From positions 64,001 to 128,000 of the forward strand of contig JAWLBL010000013.1 in NCBI GenBank assembly GCA_041687695.1: a stretch of 64,000 nucleotides of DNA, written 5' to 3'. Each line of letters begins with the position of its first letter. Within the stretch, counting starts at the first letter, position 1. Origin of the DNA: Myxococcota bacterium. GTDB lineage: Bacteria; Myxococcota_A; UBA9042; PHBI01; JAWLBL01. The translations under genes and the position numbers were made by a program. The notes beneath the pieces were generated by a model. That model saw only the letters and a list, made by a program, of their open reading frames with translations. It did not search any database and was not told the DNA's origin. Positions 27,743-40,516 of the stretch are shown here, piece by piece.

Positions 27743-29227
27743 TCAGGCCGCGCGCGATTCCTCGAAGTGCTCGCCGTCGTGGCTCCACAGGACGGTCTTG
27801 CCGTCCGACAGGGTCCGGATGTGGACCGGGCGGCTCCAGATCTTCGCGAGGTTCTTCAGGGTGTCGCGGCCGTAGTCGGTCTTGAGCTCCTGGCCGTCGA
27901 ATTTGTGCCACAGGAGCAGCTCGCCGCGGTTTTTGTAGTTGGCGTCCTCGACGTAGATGACCGGCTGGCCGAAGTTGGTCAGCTGCGTCAGGAGCATCTG
28001 TTTGACCTTGGCGAACTCGCGGGTCTTGATCTCCCAGGCGTCGCTCTTGCGGTTGTAGCCGAAGGTGAAGAGCTTCTGGCGCTCGCAGAACTCGGGCGTC
28101 AGGAACTCGTCGAGGAACATGACGTCGTTGTAGATCTTGCGGACCTGGAAGATCTTCTCGCGGCCGAGCCCGAGCTGCTGGTCCCAGCTGAGCTTTCGTT
28201 CCATCTCCTCGCACCGGTCGTACTCGAGGCCGAAGCGGCCCTTGTTCCACCGGTCCTCGATGTCGCGGAACAGCTCGATGCCCAGCTTGTAGGGGTTGAG
28301 CTGGGTCTGGCTGGTCGCCATCGTACCCGAGTGGATGGAGCAGAAGTCGATGATCTCCGAGTCGTCGCAGACGTGCTCGGTCATGATCTTCGAGTGCCAG
28401 TAGCTCGCCCAGCCCTCGTTCATGATCTTGGTCATGCGCTGCGGGGCGAAGTAGTACGCCTCGTTGCGCACGATCTCGAGGACCGTCCGCTGCCATCGCT
28501 CGAGCGGCGCGTGCTCGAGCAGGAACAGCATCACGTCGCGCTCGGGCTCGGGCGGCGTCTTCTTGCGCGCCTCCTCGTGCCGCTTGCGCAGCTCCTCGCG
28601 CTTTCGCTCGAGCTCGTCCTCGGGGTTGATGTACCGGTCCATGTACGAGCGCGCCGGGATCTTGCGCACCTCGGGCGGCGTGTCCTCGTCCTCGTCGATC
28701 CGGGCCCGCCGCGCCGAGTAGGGGCTGTGGAGATCGATGAGGTTGTCGATGGACAGGCACACGTCGATGAACGCCTCGACCTTCTCCTCGCCGTAGCGCT
28801 CGCTGATGCGGGCGAGCTTGGCCGCGTGGTTGGCCATCTGGTCGAGCATCTTGCGGTTGGTCCGCGAGAACCACGCGTTGTTCTTGAAGAAGTCGCAGTG
28901 GGCGTAGACGTGGCCGATGACCAGCTTGTGGTCCACCAGCGCGTTGCCCTCGAGCAGGTAGGCGTAGCAGGGGTTGGTGTTGATCACCATCTCGTAGATC
29001 TTGTGCAGACCCCAGGCATAGCTCTTGCTCAGCCGCTCGTACTCCATGCCCCACTTCCAGTGCCGATAGCGCACCGGGAAGCCGTCGTAGGCGGCGAGCA
29101 TGTTCATCTGCTCGTAGGTGACCATTTCGAAGATGGTCGGGAAGAAGTCGAGGCCGAAGTTGCGAGCGACCTTCTCGATCTCGAGGATCCAGAAGCGGAG
29201 CTCGTCGGGGAGCTTGAGCGTCTGCAT
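27743..29227 (-). CDS. spoVR: SpoVR (YcgB) family protein
   Basis: GFPVRYRHW, KIYEMVIN, HVYAHCDFFKNN, TKIMNEGWASYWH, LNPYKLG. Confidence 0.95.
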   Translation of the reverse strand: MQTLKLPDELRFWILEIEKVARNFGLDFFPTIFEMVTYEQMNMLAAYDGFPVRYRHWKWGMEYERLSKSYAWGLHKIYEMVINTNPCYAYLLEGNALVDHKLVIGHVYAHCDFFKNNAWFSRTNRKMLDQMANHAAKLARISERYGEEKVEAFIDVCLSIDNLIDLHSPYSARRARIDEDEDTPPEVRKIPARSYMDRYINPEDELERKREELRKRHEEARKKTPPEPERDVMLFLLEHAPLERWQRTVLEIVRNEAYYFAPQRMTKIMNEGWASYWHSKIMTEHVCDDSEIIDFCSIHSGTMATSQTQLNPYKLGIELFRDIEDRWNKGRFGLEYDRCEEMERKLSWDQQLGLGREKIFQVRKIYNDVMFLDEFLTPEFCERQKLFTFGYNRKSDAWEIKTREFAKVKQMLLTQLTNFGQPVIYVEDANYKNRGELLLWHKFDGQELKTDYGRDTLKNLAKIWSRPVHIRTLSDGKTVLWSHDGEHFEESRAA

Positions 29228-29230
29228 GCG

Positions 29231-30346
<1,116 letters not shown>

Positions 30347-30349
30347 GCG

Positions 30350-32404
<2,055 letters not shown>

Positions 32405-32598
32405 TCAGTTCCCTCTACAGCTCCGTCAGCGCCATGATGGGGCCTCGGGTGGTTGCGGCACGCGGCCGCTCACCGGGCGACCCTGCCGAAAAGGGGATGC
32501 GGCGCCTCGCCCCCCCGCGTGGGGCGGAAGAAGGGCGAAAGGTCCGCGGCGAAGCGAAGTTAATGCGTCTCGGTCGTCGTCACAAGCAGGAGACAACT

Positions 32599-34107
32599 AT
32601 GCACCCAGCCTACCTCGACCTGAACGATCTGGGCATGGCCCTCGACCTCCGGTGGATGCACATCCCGGACAAACTGGTAGCCCGCCTGAGCGATTCCCTC
32701 GAACGCGTGCACCGCGAGATGGGCGACCTCGAAGCCGGCGCCATCGCCAACCCCGACGAGGGGCGCCAGGTCGGCCACTACTGGCTGCGAGCGCCCGAGC
32801 GCGCGCCGGATCCGGCCATCGCCGCCGCCATCCGACAGGTCCAGGCCGACATCGGCCGCTTCGTCGGCGCGCTAGACCGCCGCTTCCCCGACGTCCTGCT
32901 CGTCGGCATCGGCGGCTCCGCCCTGGGCCCGCAGCTCGTCGCGGACGCCCTGTCGACCCCGGGCGACCATCGCCGCGTCCACTTCCTGGACAACACCGAC
33001 CCCGACGGCCTCGCCCGCGTCCTGGCCGGCCTCGACCTGAGCCGGACCCTGGTGGTCGTCGTCTCCAAGTCGGGCGGCACCCCCGAGACCCGCAACGGCT
33101 ACCTGGCCACCCGCGCCGCCTTCCAGGCCGCCGACCTGGACTTCGCCCGCCACGCCGTGGCGGTCACCCAGGAGGGCAGCGCCCTCGACCGCGACGCCGT
33201 GGCAGGCGGCTGGCTCGCCCGCTTCCCCATGTGGGACTGGGTCGGCGGCCGGACGTCGGTCCTCTCGGCGGTCGGGCTGCTCCCGGCCGCGCTGCAGGGG
33301 CTCGACACCGCCGAGCTCTTGGCCGGAGCGCGGGCCATGGACGAGGTCACGCGCAGCCCCGACGTGGCCGCCAACCCCGCCACCCTCCTGGCGCTGGCGT
33401 GGTACCAGGCGGGCGAGGGCCACGGCCGCAGGGCCATGGTCGTCTTGCCCTACAAGGACCGCCTGGCGCTGATGGCCCGCTACCTGCAACAGCTGGTCAT
33501 GGAGTCGCTCGGCAAGGCGACCGATCGCCGCGGCGACACCGTCCACCAGGGGCTGACGGTCTACGGCAACAAGGGCTCCACCGATCAACACGCCTACGTG
33601 CAGCAGCTGCGCGAGGGCCCCGACGACTTCTTCGTCACCTTCATCGAGGTCCTCGAGGACGGCGGCGGGCCCGTGGGGTCGCTCGAGGTCGAGCCCCAGG
33701 TCACCATCGGCGACTACCTCAGCGGCTTTCTGGCCGGGACGCGCCGCGCGCTGGCCGACGTGGGCCGCAGCTCCATCACGCTGACCCTCGACCGGGTCGA
33801 CGCCTTCCGCGTGGGCGCCCTCATCGCCCTGTACGAGCGGGCCGTGGGCCTGTACGCCGGCCTCATCGAGATCAACGCCTACCACCAGCCCGGCGTCGAG
33901 GCCGGCAAGAAGGCGGCCGGCGCCGTCCTCGCCCTGCAGCGCACGCTCCTCGGGCGCCTGGCCGAAGGTCACCGCGGCACCGCCGACGCGCTGGCCGCCG
34001 ACCTGAAGGCCGACCCCGCCGACGTCCACCACGTCCTGCGCCACCTCGCCGCCAATGGGCGCATCACCCGGACGGGTCATGGCCTGGAGGCGATCTACGC
34101 CGCCTGA
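32599..34107 (+). CDS. pgi: Glucose-6-phosphate isomerase
   Basis: [77 protein letters not shown] before ATG 32599. Confidence 0.96.
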   Translation: MHPAYLDLNDLGMALDLRWMHIPDKLVARLSDSLERVHREMGDLEAGAIANPDEGRQVGHYWLRAPERAPDPAIAAAIRQVQADIGRFVGALDRRFPDVLLVGIGGSALGPQLVADALSTPGDHRRVHFLDNTDPDGLARVLAGLDLSRTLVVVVSKSGGTPETRNGYLATRAAFQAADLDFARHAVAVTQEGSALDRDAVAGGWLARFPMWDWVGGRTSVLSAVGLLPAALQGLDTAELLAGARAMDEVTRSPDVAANPATLLALAWYQAGEGHGRRAMVVLPYKDRLALMARYLQQLVMESLGKATDRRGDTVHQGLTVYGNKGSTDQHAYVQQLREGPDDFFVTFIEVLEDGGGPVGSLEVEPQVTIGDYLSGFLAGTRRALADVGRSSITLTLDRVDAFRVGALIALYERAVGLYAGLIEINAYHQPGVEAGKKAAGAVLALQRTLLGRLAEGHRGTADALAADLKADPADVHHVLRHLAANGRITRTGHGLEAIYAA

Positions 34108-34266
34108 GCGGCGCACGCGCGAGCGCGCGGCGGTGCGAAGCGGCAGGCCCGTGTGCTCGCCGCTTCGCACCCACGCGGCCCGGAATGCGGGGCGATCAGA
34201 TCCTTTCGCGGTCCCGCGCGTCCCCAGGCCTCCTCCGACGATCCCGGGACCCTCGAGGAGGCCGTC

Positions 34267-35685
34267 ATGTCACCGCTCCGTGTGCTTTTCCTGCTCACCG
34301 CGTCGCTGTGGGGCGCGAGCTGCGCGCAGCGCGTCTATCTGGTCCAGGGCGACGACGGCGCCTGGCACGAGGTGGCCGAGGCGCCGGCCCACGAGGGCTA
34401 CATGGCCGTCACGACCGAGGACGGCCTGGGGGCGCTGGTCGCGGCCTCGAGCGAGTGGGTGCTGACCGACGGCGAGGACCCTCTGCTGCTCGAGGTGGCC
34501 CTGACCGGCGCCGAGGTCGTCGTGACCGAGCGCGAGCGCCCGCCGCTGAACCTGGCGCTCGTGGTCGACCGCTCCGGCTCGATGCACGGCGCCAAGATGG
34601 ACGAGGCACGGGCCGCGGCACGCTGGGTCGTCGAGCGGCTGCGCGAGGACGATCGGGTGACCCTGGTGTCCTACGCGACCGACGTCAGCGTCGACGTGCG
34701 GGCCGTGACGGTCGATCGTCGGGGCCGCGCCCGGTTGCTGGCGGCCATCGACGACCTCGAGGCGGCCGGCGGCACGCACCTCGGCGGCGCGCTGGTGGCG
34801 GCGGCCGAGGAGGTGACGGACGCCTTCGATCCGGCGGCGCTCAACCACCTGATCCTGGTCTCGGACGGGCGACCGACCCTGGGCCCCACCGACGACGGCG
34901 CCATCCTGGCGGTGGCCGACCGGCTGGGGGCCCGCGGCGTGACGGTGACGACGATGGGCGTCGGGCTGGACTACCACGAGGACCTCATGGCCGAGATCGC
35001 CCTGGTCAGCGGGGGCAACTACTACTACGTCGACGGCGGCACGCAGATGGCGCAGGTGTTCGGTCGCGAGCTGGAGCTGCTCGGCCGCACGGTCGCGCGG
35101 GACGCGGTCGTGACGCTCGAGCTGCCGCCGGGGGTGCGGGTGGCGCGCGTGCACGGCTACCGCTTCGAACAGCGCGGCCGGCAGGTGCAGGTGGCCGTGC
35201 GCGGCGTGGCCGCCGGGCGGGCGCGTCGCGTGCTGCTCGAGCTGGATCTCCCGTCCGGGCGGCCGGGGCAGGCGCTGGTCGTCGCCCAGGGGCGGGTCGA
35301 GTATCGCGGGGCGGCCGGCCGGCGGGACGTGGCCCTGCCGGCCGTCGAGGTGCGGTACACGACGGATCGGACCGCGGTGGCGCGCTCGTCGAACCGCGCG
35401 GTCCTGGAGAAGCACGACGCGGTGGCCAACGCCCGGGCGCGCGAGGAGGCCGTGCGGCGCATGGACGGCGGCGACCGCGCCGGGGCGCAGCGGGTCCTCG
35501 AGCAGCGCGCCGGCGAGGGGCGGGCGGCCGAGCGGCGGACGGGCAGCGCCGCCATCGGGCGGGGGGCGAGCGAGATCGAGCAGCTGCGGCGCGATCTGCA
35601 GGCGGCGCCGACGCCGGCGTCCGAGCGGTGGCAGCACCTGCGCAAGTCGCAGAAGGCGCGGGCGCTCGACGAGCGGCTGTATTGA
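34267..35685 (+). CDS. vWA-domain lipoprotein (YfbK/Ca-activated chloride channel homologue type)
   Basis: Lipobox GASC; PLNLALVVDRSGSM MIDAS, GGTHLGGAL, LVSDG, GGNYYY; GAGGAG SD. Confidence 0.85.
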   Translation: MSPLRVLFLLTASLWGASCAQRVYLVQGDDGAWHEVAEAPAHEGYMAVTTEDGLGALVAASSEWVLTDGEDPLLLEVALTGAEVVVTERERPPLNLALVVDRSGSMHGAKMDEARAAARWVVERLREDDRVTLVSYATDVSVDVRAVTVDRRGRARLLAAIDDLEAAGGTHLGGALVAAAEEVTDAFDPAALNHLILVSDGRPTLGPTDDGAILAVADRLGARGVTVTTMGVGLDYHEDLMAEIALVSGGNYYYVDGGTQMAQVFGRELELLGRTVARDAVVTLELPPGVRVARVHGYRFEQRGRQVQVAVRGVAAGRARRVLLELDLPSGRPGQALVVAQGRVEYRGAAGRRDVALPAVEVRYTTDRTAVARSSNRAVLEKHDAVANARAREEAVRRMDGGDRAGAQRVLEQRAGEGRAAERRTGSAAIGRGASEIEQLRRDLQAAPTPASERWQHLRKSQKARALDERLY

Positions 35686-35740
35686 CGTCGCGGCGGGCCG
35701 GGACGTGCGACGGGACCGCGTCGGCGCTATGCTCGCGGCG

Positions 35741-36796
35741 ATGCGGTGCCGCCTCCTCGCGCTCTCGATGACCCTCTCTGCCGCCCTGGCCTGGGGCTGC
35801 GCCGACGACGGCGGGCGCCCGCTGACGCTGCCCGAGCGCGACACGTCGGCCGGGGACGTCGCGCTGGGCGACGTGTGCCAGCCCGGCAAGTGGTACTGCG
35901 AGTCGCTGACCGTCAGCGCGCAGTGCAACGCGACCGGCGACGGGCCGAAGGCGACGACGCCCTGTGAGGCGGGGACGGCCTGCTCGCCCGGGTCGGGCGC
36001 CTGCGTCAGCCAGATCTGCGCGCCGCACCAGACGATCTGCGCCAGCGACCAGAGCGTCGCCCGCTGCCGCGGCGACGGCCTGGACGTCCTGCCCGCCGAC
36101 CCGTGCGCCGAGGGGAGCTACTGCGTCGACGGCCACTGCGTCCTGGGTAGCTGCCTGGGGCACGTCATGGTGCTGCTCGATCGCTCGGGCAGCATGGACT
36201 GGCCGGTGGACGACGAGGATCCCTTGGGCCCTAACCGCTGGGCCGAGGTCCGCGATGCGCTGGTCGACCTGGTCGCGACCAACCCGGCCGCACGCTTCGG
36301 CATCACGGCCTTTCCCGGCTCGACAGGGACCTGCCATGCGACCAGCCAGCCCGAAATCTCGCTGACGACCTACAATACGGCGGCCCGCTTCTCGCGCTGG
36401 TTCCACGACAACGCGCCCTACGGGTCCACGCCGCTGCTGCAGGCGATGCAGACCATGCGCGACCACGCCCCCGACGTCTTCGGCCCCGGCGGCGGCACGC
36501 TGCTGGTCGTCTCGGACGGCGAGGACACCTGCGCCCACCCCGATCTCCTCGACCAGCCGAACCTGCGCATCAGCAACATCGCTAAGGCGCTCGAAGACGC
36601 GACCGCGACCCTGCTGGCCGAGCACGGCGTGAAGACCTTCGTCATCGGCTTCAACTACGAGGGCGAGGCGGCGGAGCTGGACGCCATCGCCCGCGCGGGC
36701 GGCACGGGTCGGACCGCCCACCTGCCGGCGAGCGACGCCCACGAGCTGTCGCAGGCGCTGGGCGCCGTCGTCACCGACTGGAAGCTCTGCTTCTGA
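35741..36796 (+). CDS. Cys-rich vWA-domain lipoprotein
   Basis: Lipobox AWGC; Cys-rich N-region; VLLDRSGSM, STPL, VVSDGEDTC, TFVIGF, IARAGGT. Confidence 0.82.
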   Translation: MRCRLLALSMTLSAALAWGCADDGGRPLTLPERDTSAGDVALGDVCQPGKWYCESLTVSAQCNATGDGPKATTPCEAGTACSPGSGACVSQICAPHQTICASDQSVARCRGDGLDVLPADPCAEGSYCVDGHCVLGSCLGHVMVLLDRSGSMDWPVDDEDPLGPNRWAEVRDALVDLVATNPAARFGITAFPGSTGTCHATSQPEISLTTYNTAARFSRWFHDNAPYGSTPLLQAMQTMRDHAPDVFGPGGGTLLVVSDGEDTCAHPDLLDQPNLRISNIAKALEDATATLLAEHGVKTFVIGFNYEGEAAELDAIARAGGTGRTAHLPASDAHELSQALGAVVTDWKLCF

Positions 36797-36892
36797 GACC
36801 CGTGGTCGCGTAGACGGCCGCATCGTTGGTCGCCGGTGTGGGCGCTGCCATCCTCGGGGCGCTCCCCTCCCGCACCCGAGGCCGCCCACGCG

Positions 36893-38251
36893 ATGCGCGT
36901 CAAGCTCGTCAAGCTCTGGGAACGGCTACACGCCAGCTACTGGTTCATCCCCGCCATCATGATGGTGCTGGCGATCGGGCTGGCCTTCGCCATGGTGGCG
37001 GTCGACCGGTGGCTGGGGCTCGAGGACACCGACGTCAGCCTGGGTTGGACCTTCGAGGGGGGCCACGAGGGCGCGCGCGAGGTGCTCGGCGTCATCGCCG
37101 CCTCGATGATCGGCGTCGCCGGCGTCACGTTCTCCATCACCATCGTCGCCTTCTCGTTGGCCGCGACCCAGTTCGGCCCTCGCGTGCTCCGCAACCTGAT
37201 GCGCGACCGCGGCAACCAGCTCACGCTGGGGGTCTTCCTGGCCACCTTCGTCTACGCCGTGCTGGTGCAACGCACGGTGCGCGGCGGCGACGCCGAGTTC
37301 GTCCCCGACACGGCGGTCACCGTCGGCGTGCTCCTGGCCCTCGCCAGCATCGGCGTCCTCATCTACTTCATCCACCACGCGGCCGAGTCGATCCAGGCGC
37401 CCACCCTGCTGGCCAACGTGGGGCGCGAGCTGGTCGAGGGCGTCGAGGTGATGCTCGGGGACCGCGTCGGGCTGCGGGTCACTGACGACTGGGACGAGTT
37501 CACGCCGCTGCGAGACGGGCTCCCCGCGGCCCTCGTCGACGAGCGCGCTTGCTTGCTGGCCCCTCGCTCCGGCTACGTCCAGGGCCTGGATCTACGCAAG
37601 CTGCTCGAGTGCGCCACCGAACGCGATCTCGTCATCCGCGTCGTGCGGCGCCCGGGGCACTTCGTGCTCGCCGGTGATCCGCTGCTGGAGATCTGGCCGC
37701 GCGAGGGCGGCGAGCGCGTCCTGGGCCGGCTCGAGGACGACGTCGTGGTCGGCCGCTTTCGCACCCAGCAACAGGACCCGATGTTTGCGCTCAACCAGCT
37801 GGTGCAGGTCGCCCTGCGCGCGCTGTCGCCCAGCCTCAACGATCCGTTCACGGCGATGACCGCGTTGGACTGGATCGGGGCGGGCCTCGCGCGGCTGGTC
37901 GAGGGGCCGGCGCCGGCGCCCTGGCGCTACGACGACGAGGGGCGGCTGCGGGTCATCGCCGACACGCCGTCGGTCGAGGAGTTCGCCGAGCGGGCGCTGG
38001 GCGGCATCCGAAACGCCTGCCGCGACAACCCGCTTGGGCTGCTGCACCTCATCCAGACGGTGCAGACCGCCGCGAACCACGCGACCAACGCGCACCAACG
38101 CGAGGTGCTGCGCGGTCACCTGACGGCCATCGAGCGCGACTCGCACCACGCCCACTTCGACCCCACCGACCGCCGCGCGGTGGACGAAGCGGTGCAGCGG
38201 GCGAACGACGCGCTGCAGGGCGTCGCCTCGCCACCGGCTCCGATCCACTGA
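36893..38251 (+). CDS. DUF2254 family membrane protein
   Basis: SYWFIP, IAASMIGVAGVTFSITIVA, QFGPR, RSGYVQ, RTQQQD, RALSPSLNDPFTA. Confidence 0.85.
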   Translation: MRVKLVKLWERLHASYWFIPAIMMVLAIGLAFAMVAVDRWLGLEDTDVSLGWTFEGGHEGAREVLGVIAASMIGVAGVTFSITIVAFSLAATQFGPRVLRNLMRDRGNQLTLGVFLATFVYAVLVQRTVRGGDAEFVPDTAVTVGVLLALASIGVLIYFIHHAAESIQAPTLLANVGRELVEGVEVMLGDRVGLRVTDDWDEFTPLRDGLPAALVDERACLLAPRSGYVQGLDLRKLLECATERDLVIRVVRRPGHFVLAGDPLLEIWPREGGERVLGRLEDDVVVGRFRTQQQDPMFALNQLVQVALRALSPSLNDPFTAMTALDWIGAGLARLVEGPAPAPWRYDDEGRLRVIADTPSVEEFAERALGGIRNACRDNPLGLLHLIQTVQTAANHATNAHQREVLRGHLTAIERDSHHAHFDPTDRRAVDEAVQRANDALQGVASPPAPIH

Positions 38252-38341
38252 CCCGCGCAGCGTCTGGACAAAGGAGAGAGGCCTGGCGACGAGCATGCCC
38301 GCCGCCAGGCCTCCGGGGCCGTCCAGCGCCGCGAGCGGGTC
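38250..38341. other. Long imperfect inverted repeat (~92 nt hairpin) right after the DUF2254 stop
   Basis: Nested stems gacccgc/gcgggtc, ctggac/gtccag and 11-bp gaggcctggcg (38278-88)/cgccaggcctc (38303-13). Confidence 0.6.
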
Positions 38342-38446
38342 GCGGTCTGGAGGGTGCGTGTGGCTCAGCCCCCTTCCGTGGGCGCCCGGCGGTCCGGGCG
38401 CGGGTTCGGCGCGGCCCTCGCGTGGCGGAGCCGCTCGTGACGATCT

Positions 38447-38470
38447 AGCAATTCGGGCAAGCAATTCGGG
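38447..38470. repeat. 11-bp direct repeat agcaattcggg x2 (13-bp period)
   Basis: Copies at 38447-38457 and 38460-38470. Confidence 0.8.
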
Positions 38471-38576
38471 TGCCAGCCGTCGCCGGCCTTTTGATACCGG
38501 GGACTTGGGGCCTGGCGACGGGCTGCCGAGGGGGCTCGGATCGGGAAATCGTAGCCACTGGGTGGGGAGCAGTTCG

Positions 38577-38615
38577 CGGTCGGCCCCAGCGGTCGCGGCG
38601 CGCTGGGGCCGACCG
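38577..38615. terminator. Perfect 15-bp stem hairpin downstream of the minus-strand lipoprotein gene
   Basis: cggtcggccccagcg / cgctggggccgaccg with 9-nt loop; no clear U-tract. Confidence 0.55.
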
Positions 38616-38633
38616 TCTCCAGTCAGGGGCCGG

Positions 38634-40046
38634 TCACTTGCACTTGGGGGGGCCGACCTTGCCGTTGTTGTAGGCGTCGAGGATGTCCTTGAGATCCAGC
38701 GCCTTGCGGCGCTCCTTCGCGGACAGGCCGTAGCAGTTGTCCTTCAGCAGGTACTCGGCGGCGGCCAGCACCTTGCGGATCTTGCTGTCGTCGGCGCCCG
38801 CGGCGACGTTGAGCTCCGCGGCGATGTACTGGTGGGCCAGGTTGACCCAGGCGTCACCGCCGTCGGGCTGGTCCCACAGGATGGACAGCCAGGTCTTGCC
38901 GCACAGCTTCGTGGTGGTGGGCAGGGGCCAGGCCTTGGGGTGGGTCTTCCAGTAGCCCTGGGACCGGGTGCAGCCGTCCTTCGGGGGCTTCACGTCGGGC
39001 TCGACGTCGTACTCGACGTCCGGCGGGTAGACGTCGGGGCCGGCGTCCGGGTACACGTCCGGCTTCACGTCGGGGTAGACGTCCTGGTCGGGCGGCGGCT
39101 GGACGCCGTCGCACTTGTCCGAGTCGGAGAAGTACAGGGGCAGGACCAGCGAGTCGTGCGACTTGGCGCCCTTGTAGCCGTGGTCGTTCAGCCAGTCCTC
39201 CATGCGGACGAGGCCGTAGTCGGCGTCGTGGACCAGGTCGAAGACCTTGACCTTCAGGCTGTGGGCGCCGGGCTTTTTGCCGACGATGACGACGCACTCC
39301 GTCGTCGCGTTGCCGTACGTCTCGTGGCGCGTGACGGTCGGGCCCGAGGCGAAGTCGCCGCCAGCGAGGTGGTGCCACTCGAACTCGAGCGGATCGCCGT
39401 CGGGGTCGACGGCGGTCGCGCAGATCTCCACCTCGGCGCCTGGGCAGGCGAACTTCGAGGGGTTGAACAGGACGGACTTGAGGGTGGGCGCGTGGTTGAT
39501 GGCGGCGATGACGTCGAGCCCGCCGGTCTCGTCGCCGTCGCACTGGCTGACGAGCAGGATCTCGGTGGTCTTGCCGTCGCGGACCTGGACGCCTTCGGCG
39601 CGCGCGGTCGTGCAGTCGTCGACCGGGGCGCCGTAGGCGTCGACGGGCGTGGCCTTCACGTCGTAGCAGCCGGCCGGCAGCGTGAAGAAGTGGTCGGCGA
39701 AGGCGTGGGAGGAGTCGGCGTCGAAGGGCGCGCCCTCGAAGCCGGGGATGCCGCCGGGGAGGGTGAACGGCAGGAGATCCTCGGTCGCGGACCACGAGTC
39801 CGCGGGGACGTCATACTCGCCCTTGCAGGCGACGCGATCGACCTTGAACCGGAACCCGGCGACCGAGTCGCCCGAGGGGTTGCCGACCGACAGCGCGAGG
39901 CCGGTCGTGGACGGCGAGGGGGCGGAGGGGTCTTCCCCGGCGGCGCAGCCGGTGGCGAGGGCGCCGGCGAGCGACGCGAGCCCGAGCGCGCGACCGAGGG
40001 TGCGCGCGGCCCGATCGAGGCGGTTGGTGGGACGACGCAGGGACAT
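38634..40046 (-). CDS. Secreted multi-domain lipoprotein: beta/Ig-like domains, Asp/Pro linker, C-terminal GCTxxxGYWKxH domain
   Basis: ATG 40046 with GGAGG SD; lipobox ATGC; INHAP...AVDPDGDPLEFEW (PKD/Ig-like), PDVYP repeats, GCTRSQGYWKTH...LAHQYIAAELN...LDAYNNG. Confidence 0.75.
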   Translation of the reverse strand: MSLRRPTNRLDRAARTLGRALGLASLAGALATGCAAGEDPSAPSPSTTGLALSVGNPSGDSVAGFRFKVDRVACKGEYDVPADSWSATEDLLPFTLPGGIPGFEGAPFDADSSHAFADHFFTLPAGCYDVKATPVDAYGAPVDDCTTARAEGVQVRDGKTTEILLVSQCDGDETGGLDVIAAINHAPTLKSVLFNPSKFACPGAEVEICATAVDPDGDPLEFEWHHLAGGDFASGPTVTRHETYGNATTECVVIVGKKPGAHSLKVKVFDLVHDADYGLVRMEDWLNDHGYKGAKSHDSLVLPLYFSDSDKCDGVQPPPDQDVYPDVKPDVYPDAGPDVYPPDVEYDVEPDVKPPKDGCTRSQGYWKTHPKAWPLPTTTKLCGKTWLSILWDQPDGGDAWVNLAHQYIAAELNVAAGADDSKIRKVLAAAEYLLKDNCYGLSAKERRKALDLKDILDAYNNGKVGPPKCK

Positions 40047-40324
40047 GGCAGGCCTCCGTGGAGGGGAGCGGGGGGAGCGAAACGGGGAGGGGGACGCTGC
40101 GCGTGCGGCGACACGGGGCGGTCGCGTTCGACGCGAGCGGAGGCGGGTGGCCCGGGGCACGCGAGGGCGTGCGAGCGGGACCGGGCCGACGTCGTCGGGC
40201 GCGAGACGTACGCCGGCGTGCGGCCGACCTCGGGGTGGAGGTCGCCGGTCGCGGCGGGGCGCCCGGACGATCGCAATGTGGATGGGGAGCGCGCCGCCGA
40301 AGGGTTCGAGGCGGCGCATGGGCA

Positions 40325-40352
40325 AAGGTAAGTCGAGGACGGGCGTCGTCAA
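40325..40352 (-). promoter_or_regulatory. Candidate sigma70 promoter giving a ~270-nt leader for the 40046 gene
   Basis: TTGACG-16 bp-TACCTT on the minus strand. Confidence 0.4.
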
Positions 40353-40516
40353 CGGCACGAAACGGCCCCGCGTCCGGGCGCAAGCTTCGGGGCGTCATGG
40401 GACGAAGATATTCCCGCCGGGGGGCGCCGGTCGGCTCGCGGAGTGAGGGACGCGCGCGAAGGCTGGACCGCGCGGGGAGGGGCCGGTATGAGGCGCGGAC
40501 GCGACGAGGAGCTGAG

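Noticed and set aside
38250..38341. SRP (4.5S) RNA
   Set aside because: Lacks the GNRA apical loop and the conserved CAGG/AGCAG internal loop of helix 8
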